From contig NC_086097.1 of NCBI RefSeq assembly GCF_963921235.1, positions 92,258,001-92,322,000 on the forward strand: a stretch of 64,000 nt of DNA, read 5' to 3'. The DNA is from Mobula hypostoma (lineage: Eukaryota). Of the stretch, positions 37,523 to 50,006 are shown piece after piece (the first letter of the stretch is position 1; the number at the start of each line of letters is the position of its first letter). A model generated the notes under the pieces. It ran no database searches, was not told where the DNA came from, and saw only the letters and a program-made list of their open reading frames with translations. The translations under genes and the position numbers were made by a program.

Positions 37523-38946
37523 TTAGCGGAAGTTAGAGAAGTCGATGTTCATGCCATCAGGTTGGAGGCTACCCAGACGGAATATAAGGTGTTGTTCCTC
37601 CAACCTGAGTGTGGCTTCATCTTTACAGTAGAGGAGGCCGTGGATAGACATATCAGAATGGGAATGGGATGTGGAATTAAAATACGTGGCCACTGGGAGA
37701 TCCTGCTTTCTCTAGCGGACAGAGCGTAGATATTCAGCAAAACGATCTGCCAGTCTGCATCGGGTCTCACCAATATATAGAAGGCCACATCGGGAGGACC
37801 AGATGCAGTATATCACCCCAGCCGACTCACAAGTGAAGTGACACCTCACCTGGAAGGACTGTTTGGGGCCCTGAATGGTGGTAAGGGAGGAAGTGTAAGG
37901 GCATGTGTAGCACTTGTTCCGCTTACAAGGATAAGTGCCAGGAGGGAGATCAGTGGGGAGGGATGGGGGGGACGAATGGACAAGGGAGTCGTGTTGGGAG
38001 CGATCCCTGTGGAAAGCGGGGGGGGGGAAGGGGGGGAGGGAAAGATGTGCTTAGTGGTGGAATCCCGTTGGAGGTGGCGGAAGTTACGGAAAATAATATG
38101 TTGGACCCGGAGGCTGGTGGGGTGGTAGGTGAGGACCAGGGGAACCCTATTCCTAGTGGGGTGGCGGGAGGGTGGAGTGAGAGCAGATGTGCGTGAAATG
38201 GGGGAGATGTGTTTGAGAGCAGAGTTGATAGTGGAGGAAGGGAAGCCCCTTTCTTTAAAAAAGGAGGACATCTCCCTCGTCCTGGAATGAAAAGCCTCAT
38301 CCTGAGAGCAGATGCGGCGGAGAACGAGGAATTGCGAGAAGGGGATAGCATTTTTGCAAGAGACAGGGTGAGAAGAGGAATAGTCCAGATAGCTGTGAGA
38401 GTCAGTAGGCTTATAGTAGACATCAGTAGATAAGCTGTCTCCAGAAATAGAGACAGAAAGATCTAGAAAGGGGAGGGAGGTGTCGGAAATGGACCAGGTA
38501 AACTTGAGGGCAGGGTGAAAGTTGGAGGCAAAGTTAATAAAGTCAACGAGCTCAGCATGCGTGCAGGAAGCAGCGCCAATGCAGTTGTCGATGCAGCGAA
38601 GGAAAAGTGGGGGACAGATACCAGAATAGGTTCGGAACATGGATTGTTCCACAAAGCCAACAAAAAGACTGGTATAGCTAGGACCCATTCAGGTGCCCAT
38701 AGCTACACCTTTAGTTTGGAGGAAGTGGGAGGAGCCAAAGGAGAAATTATTAAGAGTAAGGACTAATTCCGCTAGGCGGAGTAGAGTGGTGGTAGAGGGG
38801 AACTGATTAGGTCTGGAATCCAAAAAGAAGCGGAGAGCTTTGAGACCTTCCTGGTGGGGGATGGAAGTATATTGGGACTGGACATCCATTGTGAAAATAA
38901 ATCGGTGGGGGCCAGGGAACTTAAAATCATCAAAATGTTTAAGAGC
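37523..38946 (-). pseudogene. Penelope-like RT plus GIY-YIG endonuclease, left arm (catalytic YIDD mutated to CIDN; frameshifts)
   Basis: FTMDVQSQYTSI, GVAMGT, FLRCIDNC, PLVLTYHP. Confidence 0.88.
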
Positions 38947-40364
38947 GCTCTTAAACTTTTCGATGACTTTAAATTCCCTGGCCCCCACCGCTTTATTTTC
39001 ACCATGGATGTCCAGTCCCAATATACTTCCATTCCCCATCTGGAAGGTCTCAAAGCTCTCCGCTTCTTTTTGGATTCCAGACCTAACCAGTTCCCCTCTA
39101 CCACTACTCTACTCCGCCTAGCGGAATTAGTCCTTACTCTTAATAATTTCTCCTTTGGCTCCTCCCACTTCCTCCAAACTAAAGGTGTAGCTATGGGCAC
39201 CCGTATGGGTCCTAGCTATGCCTGCCTTTTTGTTGGCTTTGTAGAACAATCTAAGTTCCAAACCTATTCTGGTATCTGCCCCCCACTTTTCCTTCGCTAC
39301 ATCGACGACTGCATTGGCGCTGCTTCCTGCACGCATGCTGAGCTCGTTGACTTTATTAACTTTGCCTCCAACTTTCACCCTGCCCTCAAGTTTACCTGGT
39401 CCATTTCCGACACCTCCCTCCCCTTTCTAGATCTTTCTGTCTCTATTTCTGGAGACAGCTTATCTACTGACGTCTACTGTAAGCCTACTGACTCTCACAG
39501 CTATCTGGACTATTCCTCTTCTCACCCTGTCTCTTGCAAAAATGCCATCCCCTTCTCGCAATTCCTCCATCTCCGCCTCATCTGCTCTCAGGATGAGGCT
39601 TTTCATTCCAGGACGAGGGAGATGTCCTCCTTCTTTAAAGAAAGGGGCTTCCCTTCCTCCACCATCAACTCTGCTCTCAAACGTATCTCCCCCATTTCAC
39701 GCACATCTGCTCTCAAATCCTCCCGCCACCCCACTAGGAATAGGGTTCCCCTGGTCCTCACCTACCACCCCACCAGCCTCCGGGTCCAACTTATTATTCT
39801 CCGTAACTTCCGCCACCTCCAACGGGATCCCACCACTAAGCACATCTTTCCCTCCCCCTCCCCTCTGCTTTCCGCAGGGATCGCTCCCTACACGACTCCC
39901 TTGTCCATTCGTCACCCCCCCTATCCCTCCCCACTGATCTCCCTCCTGGCACTTATCCTTGTAAGCGGAACAAGTGCTACACATGCCCTTACACTTCCTC
40001 CCTTACCACCATTCAGGGCCCCAGACAGTCCTTCCAGGTGAGGCGACACTTCACCTGTGAGTCGGCTGGGGTGATATACTGCGTCCGGTGCTCCCGATGT
40101 GGCCTTCTATATATTGGCGAGATCCGACGCAGACTGGGAGAGTGTTTTGCTGAACACCTACGCTCTGTCCGCCAGAGAAAGCAGGATCTCCTAATGGCCA
40201 CACATTTTAATTTCACATCCCATTCCCATTCTGACATGTCTATCCACGGCCTCCTCTACTGTAAAGATGAAGGCACACTCAGGTTGGAGGAACAACACCT
40301 TATATTCCGTCTGGGTAGCCTCCAATCTGATGGCATGAACATTGACTTCTCTAACTTCCGCTAA
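38947..40364 (+). pseudogene. Penelope-like RT, Cys linker and GIY-YIG endonuclease, right arm (5'-truncated, one frameshift near 39860)
   Basis: FTMDV, GVAMGTRMGPSYA, FLRYIDD, PFLDL, PCKRNKCYTC linker, GVIYCVRCSRCGLLYIGE, HF...H, GMN. Confidence 0.92.
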
Positions 40365-40634
40365 TGCCCCACCGCCCCCTCGTACCCCATCTTTTATATA
40401 CACACATTCTTTCTCTCAGTCTCCTTTTTCTCCCTCTGTCCCTCTGACTATATTCCCTGCCCATCCTCTGGGTTTTCCCCCCGGGCCTCCTGTCCCATGA
40501 TCCTCTCATATCCCCTTTGCCTATCACCTGTCCAGCTCTTGGCTCCATCCCTTCCCCTCCTGTCTTCTCCTATCATTTTGGATCTCCCCCTCCCCCTCCC
40601 ACTCTTAAATCTCTTACTAGCTCTTCCTTCAGTT

Positions 40635-40670
40635 AGTCCTGACGAAGGGTCTCGGCCTGAAACGTCGACT
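40635..40670 (+). ncRNA. Minimal type-I hammerhead ribozyme motif (right arm); predicted cut after 40666
   Basis: AGTC-CTGACGA-AGGGTCTCGGCCT-GAAAC-GTC-GACT. Confidence 0.75.
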
Positions 40671-42279
40671 GTACATCTTCCTAGAGATGCTGCCTGACCT
40701 GCTGCGTTCACCAGCAACTTTGATGTGTGTTGCTTGTATATAATGGTAGCTGATCTGAAATCTCCCTCATTCTACCACTCTTGAAAGAAACTGTCGATCC
40801 CACAGGGTCATTAATATAGAAAGTTTTTCCATCACCTCTTTACTAACCCAGTTCTTCCTGCGTGAATCTTTAGGAATGTTTGCAGGAGTTATTAGAAGAA
40901 CATCAACCTAACTCTTAGCACAACCAGCATTCAATAGCACAAGCTCATCTAGAATTCTGTGCAGCCTTTTGTGCACTGTAAACCTAATCATTCAGAATGC
41001 GCTGAACAGATGTTTTTAAAAAAAGGGTTTCAGTAACTTAACATTAGAGATGGCCATGTAATTTAAACTGAAAGCATTTCTGAAATGAAGGAATTAGTGA
41101 TAAATTGATTTGAATGGATTGGGACATAGACTTGGCCTATGGAAATTTTGCCCTTCAGACTGTAAGCCATTTACTTGTAGGCTATAATTAACCAAATGAA
41201 TTGTAGCTCTGTAAATATCAGTCAAGCAGAACAATGCTGCTATAAGTTCCACAGAGACATCTTAACATGGTTCACTTTTGGTGAGAGTTGCTGCATCTCC
41301 CTAGATGAGTTTAAAACCAAAGAGAAAATCACTTCTTGTTGCTTGACTGCACCCCTCTAAATATTGATTCAATGTGCCATTGTGAAAGCTCTGTGCTCAA
41401 TACAGTCATCTTGGATATCCAATAGTCAGAGAAGACAACGCTAAATAACATACTTTCATATCTGGGTCTCCCCGAATTTCTTTCCATAAAACCATTCATT
41501 GGTCCAACACTTAGTCCTCTTTTAAACAAATTTTGTTGAATTCCACTTCAACCAGACTTGATTATGACACAGAAGCCGGCCATTTAACCAGGTCAATTTT
41601 ACCGCCTGCACGGCCACATTGTCAATCCCATTTCCCTGAACCATTGCAATTTATTTTCTTTCACCTGCTTGTCAACTCTTGTTTGATTCTTTTTGCTATT
41701 TACCTGCACAAGGCTGTCATTTACAGTGCCCAGTTAACTTTTTCCAGGGAAGGGGATTAAAGGGAGTTAAAAGAGTGAGGGTGTATGTTTAAGGCGACAG
41801 GTGAAAGATTTAAAAGGGGCCTGAGGGGCATCTTCTTCACACAGAGGACGGTGTATGCATCAAATGAGTTGTCAGAGAAAGTGATGCAACAATTAAAATG
41901 CATTAGGATAGGTACATGGTAAGGGGGGGGCGGATTTAGAGGGATACGGGCCAAATAGGGCTATAGCACCATTGCCAGCATTACGATGGGGTCTGTTTCT
42001 GTGCTGTATTGCTCAAAGACTCTACGACACCACGTCCTTGTGATGCGAGAGGAAGCTGGAGCACCCGAGGGTAACTCATGCGAGCTTGGCACTAACTTTA
42101 CCAGAGGTCAGGGTTGAACCTAGATGGCTGGAGTTGCGATACAGCAGCTCCACTAACTGTACCACTGTGCCTCCTGTGAGAAATTGCCCAATTCTGCGAA
42201 TCTGCCATTTTCATCCTTGGCATTCGCCTTCTACAGAGCCATCTGGAAAGCACCAAGCTTGCAAAGCCCTTCCTTACAG

Positions 42280-44400
42280 AGGCGTAATGACCCACATTTA
42301 TGACATTTCGGGAGCTGTGCCTGGGATCCAAAACATCCATCATTCTGATCAGATAGGTATAGAACAGATTGTGTCCTTAGATCCTGTGTAAGTGAGCTGG
42401 AAGGTGTATTTGCAGACATCTTTAACCATTCCATGCTTCAATCTGAGGTTCCACCTGTTCTAAAAAGACCACCATCATCTTAGTACCTAAGTAAAAGATA
42501 ACACGCCTTAACAACTACTTCCCAGTGGCTCTGACATCTACCATCACAAAGTGCTTCGAGAGGCTGTCATGGTCATAGTCATACTTTATTGATCCTGGGG
42601 GAAATTGGTTTTCGTTACAGTTGCACCATAGATAATAAATAGTAATAAAACCATAAATAGTCAAATAGTAATATGTAAATTATGCCAGTAAATTATGAAA
42701 TAAGTCCAGAACCAGCCTATTGGCTCAGGGTGTCTGACCCTCCAAGGGAGGAGTTGTAAAGTTTGATGGCCACAGGCAGGATTGACTTCCTATGACGCTC
42801 TGTGTTGCATCTCGGTGGAATGAGTCTCTGGCTGAATGTACTCCTGTGCCCACCCAGTACATTATGTAGTGGATGGGAGACATTGTCCAAGATGGCATGC
42901 AACTTAGACAGCATCCTCTTTTCAGACACCATCGTGAGAGAGTCCAGTTCCACCCCCACAACATCACTGGCCTTATGAATGAGTTTGTTGATTCTGTTGG
43001 TGTCTGCTACCCTCAGCCTGCTGCCCCAGCACACAACAGCAAACATGATAGCACTGGCCACCACAGACTCGTAGAACATGCTCAGCATCGTCCGGCAGAT
43101 GTTAAAGGACCTCAGTCTCCTCAGGAAATAGAGTCGGCTCTGACCCTTCTTGTAGATAGCCTCAAGTGTTCTTAGACCAGTCCAGTTTATTGTCAATTCA
43201 TATCCCCAGGTATTTATAATCCTGGGGATACAAATTGGCACACATTAACTCCAGCCTTCCAGACAGCCTTGACCCACTGCAATTTACCCATCACTGAAAC
43301 AGCTCTCCCTGGCCCCACACTTGTACCTGGAGCTTCTGATAGTAAAGACATCTACATCAGCCTATAGTTTATTGACTGCAGCTCCATCTTCAATACTACA
43401 ATTCCCAGAAAACCCATCACCAAATCCTGGGAGTCAAGGCCTCCCTTTGCAACTGGATCCTTGACATTCTGACCACAACCAGTAAGGATCAGCAGCAACA
43501 GCTCCACCATAATTATTCTAAGTACTGGTGCTGTACAATACTGCTTCCTCAGCCCCTTTTACACTCCCTGTACACTGATGACTGTGTGGTCAGACTCTGC
43601 TCTAACTCCATTTCCAAGTTTGCAGGCTGTATCTCAAATATGATGAGTCGGAAGGAGACAGAGAACTTAGTAACATGATGTCAAGACCACAATTTTTACC
43701 ATAAAATTAGCAAAACAAAAGAGACAGGCAATATCTTCAGGAGGGAGGTGCACATGCTCCAGTCTACATCGATGGTACTGAGGTTTAGAGGATTGATTGC
43801 TTCAAGTTCCTAGGAGTGAAACTAGCTTACCCTGATCCAGACACCCAGACACCATGGCCAAGAAAGCTCACCAGTACCTCGACTTCCTTGGGAGGCTAAA
43901 GAAATTTGATATGCTGCTGCCAACCCTCACCAATCCCTATTCAATGCACTAAAGGAAGAACCCTGTTTGGATGCAGCTGCTTTGCATGTGACGCAAGAAA
44001 CAACAGAGAGTTGTGAACACAGCTCAGCACATCACGAAAACCAGCATCCCCTCTGTGCACCTCTGTCTACACTTCTCAATACTCAGCAAAGGAGCATAAT
44101 TAAAGACCCCACCCACCCTGAACATTTGCTCTTCTCCCCTCTTCCATCTGACAGAGGATACAAATGCCTGAAAACAAGTATCATCAATTCAAGGACAGCT
44201 CCTACCCCATTGTAATGAGTATTGAATGATTCCTAGTACAGTAAGATGGGTTTATGATCTCACAATCTACTTTGTTATGACCTTGCACATCATTTACCTG
44301 CTCTGCACTTTCACTGTAGCAGTTACACTTCATTCTGCATTCTGCACAGTGAACAGACACAAGACAAGCTTTTCACTGTATCTCACTAATAAACCAACAC
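42280..44400 (+). mobile_element. Old Rex1/Babar-like LINE (interrupted at about 42574-43235)
   Basis: Decayed ADIFN, PVALTS..KCFERL, FKFLGV, SIIKDPTHP...PLPSDR. Confidence 0.65.
42574..43235 (-). mobile_element. Young 5'-truncated Rex1/Babar-like LINE
   Basis: KKGQSRLYFLRRLRSFNIC..ML.MFYESVVASAIMFAVVCWG, HPLH. Tail (TATGAC)n. Confidence 0.85.
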
Positions 44401-45440
44401 CAATATCAGATGCCAAAGCATTATCTGGAAGCCTTGAGGAGTTAGTATTGCAAATGGAAAAATCAAGTTTCTCTCTTGAAGTGGTAACAGAATCCTTGTA
44501 AAGTGTTCTTCAAGTCAGGAAGAGAGAGGTGAGCAGAAATCCTGGGTGAGTAGAGCGTGCAAAGGATGGCAACGTACATGGACATCGTTCATTAGGGGAA
44601 AGTGCCAGCCAAGCAGAGGTTAAAGGATGAAAGGCGATTTGAGATAACTTTATTAATTAAATTCAAAAAGATTATTCTGAGGACAATGAACCCATTTGAA
44701 CAGAGAGTGAAGGGAGCAGGAAAGTATACTCAACGAGAGGATGAAAAGATTGCACAAATTACCTCTGAACACACTAAAGCCTCCACTTCCTCAGAAGGTT
44801 AAGGAAATTTGATGACTCAGTTTTTACAGATGCACAATAAAGGGCATCCTATCCAGATGTTTGGCAGCTTTGTATGGCAACTGCTCCACCCCAGACCCCA
44901 AGAAATTACAGAGAGTTGTGGACATAGCCTTGTGAATCACACAAACCAACCTCCCATCCATCGAGTATGTCTACTTCCTGCTGCCTCAGGCAAATAGTCA
45001 ACATAATCAAGCACCCACCCCAATCATTCTCTCTTTTCTCATCGGGTAGAATGTTGAAAGCATCTGACAGCAGACCCCATCCTGTTGTTAGGAGACTCTG
45101 GAATGGACCCCTCATACGGCAAAGATGAGTTCTTGATCTTCTAATCTTCCTTGTCATGGCACTTGCACTTATTGATCTACACTTTCTCTGCACCTGTTAG
45201 ACCATATTCTACATTCTGTTTCCTTTTCACTGCCTCAATGTGTTTGTGTGTAGCAAAGTGTGACTGAATGGCCTGCAAACAGAAACATTTTTCTACTGCA
45301 CCTTGGTACGTATCACAATAATAAACCAGGACCATTGCTGATGAAAAGTTACAGTCCAAGACAAACACTAGAAGACTCCATAAAGATGGAAGCCTGAGTA
45401 AGAATAGTACAGGAAAGAGATAGAGAGTCTAGTTGTATGG

Positions 45441-47925
45441 TCAAGTCAAGTGGTTTATTGTCATTTAACTGCATACATGTATATAAAGTATATAACCATA
45501 TAACATATATAGAAATGAGACAATGTTTCTCCATACCTGGACGTAAAGCACAATAGTACACAACACACACACACACACACACACACGATAACTAATGAAG
45601 GTAAGGATAAAATCTACAGATGAATCACCCATAAATAACAAACTAAAGTGCATTAATATTAAACATGGTAAGGTACGGAACAGATTAGCCAGTGACACTT
45701 TGAATACGACTAAGAACAGTCAACATGGATTTGTGCATGAAAGGTCATGTTTGACAAATCTTATTGAATTTTTTTGAAGAGGTTACTAGGAAAGTTGATG
45801 AGGGTAAAACGGTGGATGTTGTCTATATGGACTTCAGTAAGGCCTTTGACAAGGTTCCACACGGAAGGTTAGTTAGGAAGGTTCAATTGTTAGGTATTAA
45901 TATTGAAGTAGTAAAATGGATTCAGCAGTGGCTGGATGGGAGACGCCAGAGAGTAGTGGTGGATAACTGTTTGTCAGAATGGAAGCCAGTGACTAATGGT
46001 CTGCCTCAGGGATCTGTACTGGGTCCAGTGTTGTTTGTCATATACATTAATGATCTGGATGATGGGGTGGTAAATTGCATTAGTAAGTATGCAGATGATG
46101 CTAAGATAGGTGGTGTTGTGGATAATGAAGTAGGTTTTCAAAGCTTGCAGAGAGATTTAGGCCAGTTAGAAGAGTGGGCTGAAAGATGGTAGATGGAGTT
46201 TAATGCTGATAAATGTGAGGTGCTACATTTTGGTAGGACTGATCAAAATAGGACATACATGGTAAATGGTAGGGCATTGAAGAATGCAGTAGAACAGAGG
46301 GATCTAGGAATAATGGTGCATAGTTCCCTGAAGGTGGAATCTCATGTGGATAGGGTGGTGAAGAAAGCTTTTGGTATGCCAGCCTTTATAAATCAGAGCA
46401 TTGAGTATAAGAGTTGGGATGTAATGTTTTGTACAAGGCATTGGTAAGGCCAAATTTGGAGTATTGTGTACAGTTCTGGTCACCGAATTACAGGAAAGAT
46501 GTCAACAAAATAGAGAGAGTACAGAGAAGATTTACTAGAATGTTACCTAGGTTTCATCTCCTAAGTTACAGAGAAAGGTTGAACAAGTTGGGTCTTTATT
46601 CTTTGGAACATAGAAGGTTGAGGGGGGACTTGATAGAGGTATTTAAAATTATGAGGAGGATAGATAGAGTTGACGTGGATAGATTTTTTCCATTGAGAGT
46701 GGGGGGGATTCAAACAAGAGGACATGAGTTGAGGGTTAAAGGGCAAAAGTTGAGGGGCAACATGAAGGGGAACTTCTTTACTCAGAGAGTGGTGGCTGTG
46801 TGGAACGAGCTTCCAGCATAAGTGGTTGAAGCAGGTTCAATGTTGTCATTTAAAGTTAAATTGGATAGATATATGGACAGGAAAGGAATGGAGGGTTATG
46901 GGCTGAGTGCAGGTCAGTGGGACTAAGTGAGAGTAAGAGTTTGGCATGGACTAGGAGGGCCGAGATGGCCTGTTTCCGTGCTGTAATTGTTATATGGTTT
47001 ATATGGTTATACGATGTGGCAGGGAGCTCAGAAATCTAATGGCCTGGGGGAAAAATCCGTTTATGTTTTTATGCATCAGAGTCTTGTTCCTCATGGTAGA
47101 AAGTCCAAGAGGATGCTGGATGGATGGGTGGGATCCTTGATAATACTAAGGGCCCTGTGTATGCAATGCTCCTGATAAATGTCCCTGATGGATGGTAGGG
47201 AGACCCCTATGATCATCTCAGCTGTTCTCACAGTCCTTTATAGGGACTTCAGGTCTGATGCACAACTTCTCCCATACCAGATGGAAATGCAGCTTGTCAG
47301 GATGTTCTCAATGGTGCTCCTGTAAAATGCACTTAAGATGAGGTAGGGGGGTGTGCAGCCTTGCTTGCATTATTCTTCTTAGGAAGTGGAGGCATTCCTG
47401 TGCCTTCTTGTCCAGGGGGGTGTTATTAAAGAACCAGGAGACTGCTGTTCATAGACTTCAGTTTGGCATTCAACACCATCATGCCCCAGAAACTGGTGGG
47501 GAAAATGTCCTCACTGGGTCTCAACACCTCCCTCCATGTGGGCGGCAACGTCCCTTGTCCCATTACGCTGAGCACTGGCACTCCCCAAGGCTATGTGCTC
47601 AGCCACGGTTGTTCACACTGCTGACGCACAACTGTGTCGCAGGATCCAGCTCAAACTGTGTCATCAAGTTTGCAGATTGCACAACAATGGCTGGCCTCAT
47701 CGAGAACGATGACGAGATAGAGTACGGCGGGGAAGTGGAGCAGCTGGTGGATTGGTGTGAGAAGAACAAACTAAGGCTGAACGTGGAGAAGACGAAGAAA
47801 ATCACTGTGGCCTTCAGGAAGGTGCAGATGAACCATTCCCCTCTGTGGATACATGGCTCCTCCGTGGAGAGCATTATGTGATCTGGGAGTTCACATCACA
47901 GATGACCTCACCTGGTTCCTTAACA
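45441..47925. mobile_element. Rex1/Babar-like LINE pieces (minus 45441-47437, plus 47438-47925), interrupted by a CR1
   Basis: (TCAAG)n tail at 45441. Plus part has [17 protein letters not shown] and LNVEKTK. Confidence 0.65.
45710..47008 (+). mobile_element. 5'-truncated CR1 LINE
   Basis: YMDFSKAFDKVPH, PQGSVLGP, KYADD, LEYCVQFWSP. Tail (TTATATGG)n. TSD ATACGA at 45704-45709 and 47009-47014. Confidence 0.92.
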
Positions 47926-49240
47926 TGACAAGACAGTGTCGATAACTTCACTCACCTCAACAATGAACTGACTCCACAATCTACAGACTCACTTTCAGTG
48001 ATTCTACAACTTACGTCCTCAGTATAATTTATTTACTTTTATTTATTATTGCCATGATTTGAGCTATTGGATGTTTGTCAATCTTCATGTATAGTTTTTC
48101 ATAAATTCTATTGTATCTATTTATTTTCCTGTAAATGCCTGCAAGAAAATGAACCTCAGGGTAGTACATGGTGACAGATGCGTACTTTGAAATTTGAACC
48201 TTTCCCCATGGTGAGCAGAGCTGGTCATTGGCTTCAGAAAGTGGGGTAGAGTATACATTCCTGTCTGTATCAATGGCACTGAGATGGAGATAGTTGTGAG
48301 ATTCACGTTCCTGGGTGTAAGTGCCATCAACAATTTATCCTGATCCAACCTTGTGGGATACTATGGCCACAAAACACAGTAACGCTTCAACACACTCTTC
48401 TACGTGACAAAAATAAACCAAATCAACAGGATAAGGGAAAAAATAAGTCAGATAGATTGAGAAATATTAGTGTGAAGAGGAGAGCATGTTCATTCTTGTT
48501 TAGGTAGGGCTTTGACAGAGGTGTTCAGTATAGTACTGCTCACCAGGAATACTTTACTGGAGCAAATTCCATGCTATTCAGAGCAAAACAAGCAATTCAG
48601 AATGCCTCCCCAAACCAAATATGTATCTTTGTATAACACATGAAAATTGGTATACCAGTAGCTCTCGCAAACAGGAAAACAATGGTGAGCAGATAAAGTA
48701 GTTTAAGAATGTTTATTGAGGGATAAATATCAGTCAGCACAATGAGAAGAATCTACCTGCTCATTTAAATAGCTTCAAAGAACCTTGAACTTAAGTTGTA
48801 ATGTACTATATTTGGGATTCACTTTTCAGGATGTGGTTGCTGCCAAGATCCACATCCCTGATTGTGCATTCATAATTATCCTTGAGAACACGGTAACAAG
48901 CTGCTCTCTGAATCATCACATTCTTTCTGGTGATGGTACTCCCAGAGCACTGCTGTGGAAGAAGTTCCGAGATTTAAAGCAAAAAAAAACCTAAATCAGG
49001 ACAGAGAGTGCAGAGGGGTGATGGCTGCTATGTAGAAGCGAGGGGAAGGGGGATACACAGGGTGTGCGTGTGCGTGCTAGACGATGGGCATTATCAGCCA
49101 GGTGCCCAACAACGGTGAAGCTGAAGGACAGCAATACATTTTCAAAATCAGGATGGTAGGCTATTTGAAAGGGAACCTGCAAGTGGCTCGCTCAAACACC
49201 TGCTACCCTTGCTCTTGGCGGTAGAAGCTGAAAGGTTTGG

Positions 49241-50006
49241 TCCCCAGACAGTCCTTCCAGGTGAGGCGACACTTCACCTGTGAGTCGGCTGGGGTGATAT
49301 ACTGCATCCGGTGCTCCCAGTGCAGCCTTCTATATATTGAGGAGACCCGATGCAGACTGGGAAACCGTTTCGCTGAACAGCTACGCTCTGTCTGCCAGAG
49401 AAAGCAGGATCTCCCAGTGGCCACACATTTTAATTCCACATCCCATTCCCATTCTGATATGTCTATCCACAGCCTCCTCTACTGTCAAGATGAAGCCACA
49501 TTCAGGTTGGAGGAACAACACCTTATGTTCCGTCTGGGTAGCCTCCAACCTGATGGCATGAATATTAACTTCTCTAACTTCCATTAATGCCCCACCTCCC
49601 CTTCGTACTCCATCCCTTATTTATTTATTTATTTTTCTCTCTTTTTTCTCCCTCTACCCCCTCTCACTATAACTCCTTGGGACCATCCTCTGGGCTCCCC
49701 TCCCCCTTTCTTTCTCCCTAGGCTTCCCGTCCCATGATCCTCTCCTTTCTCCAGCCTCGTATCCCTTTTGCCAATCAACTTTCCAGCTCTTGGCTCCATC
49801 CCTCCCCCTCTTGTCTTCTCCTATCATTTTGGATCTCCCCCTCCCCGTCCCACTTTCAAATCTCTTACTAGTTAGTCCTGATGAAGGGTGTCGGCCCGAA
49901 ACGTCAACTGTACCTCTTCCTAGAGATGCTGCCTGGCCTGCTGCGTTCACCAGCAACTTTTGAGTGTGTTGCTTGAATTTCCAGCATCTGCAGATCTCCT
50001 CGTGTT
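49241..50006 (+). mobile_element. 5'-truncated single (non-palindromic) Penelope-like insertion: GIY-YIG domain plus 3' tail
   Basis: ORF GVIYCIRCSQCSLLYIEE...HF...H...GMN. TSD AAGGTTTGG at 49232-49240 and 50007-50015. Confidence 0.92.
49874..49909 (+). ncRNA. Minimal type-I hammerhead ribozyme motif (one stem-I mismatch)
   Basis: AGTC-CTGATGA-AGGGTGTCGGCCC-GAAAC-GTC-AACT. Confidence 0.65.

Larger units (their letters stand above)
37091..40734. mobile_element. 3.64-kb spacerless palindrome of two 5'-truncated Penelope-like (Neptune-type) elements joined head-to-head
   Basis: Symmetry axis AAGAGC|GCTCTT at 38946/38947. 14-bp TSD TGTATATAATGGTA at 37077-37090 and 40735-40748. Confidence 0.95.

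Noticed and set aside
36938..37729. 263-aa ORF and similar MLVNAAG ORFs at 8503, 40448 and 49654
   Set aside because: Antisense read-through of Penelope UTR and endonuclease sequence.
38854..40041. 395-aa ORF as an intact Penelope gene
   Set aside because: Its first about 30 codons are the antisense of the left arm read across the palindrome centre. The true N-terminus is absent and the frame shifts before the endonuclease.
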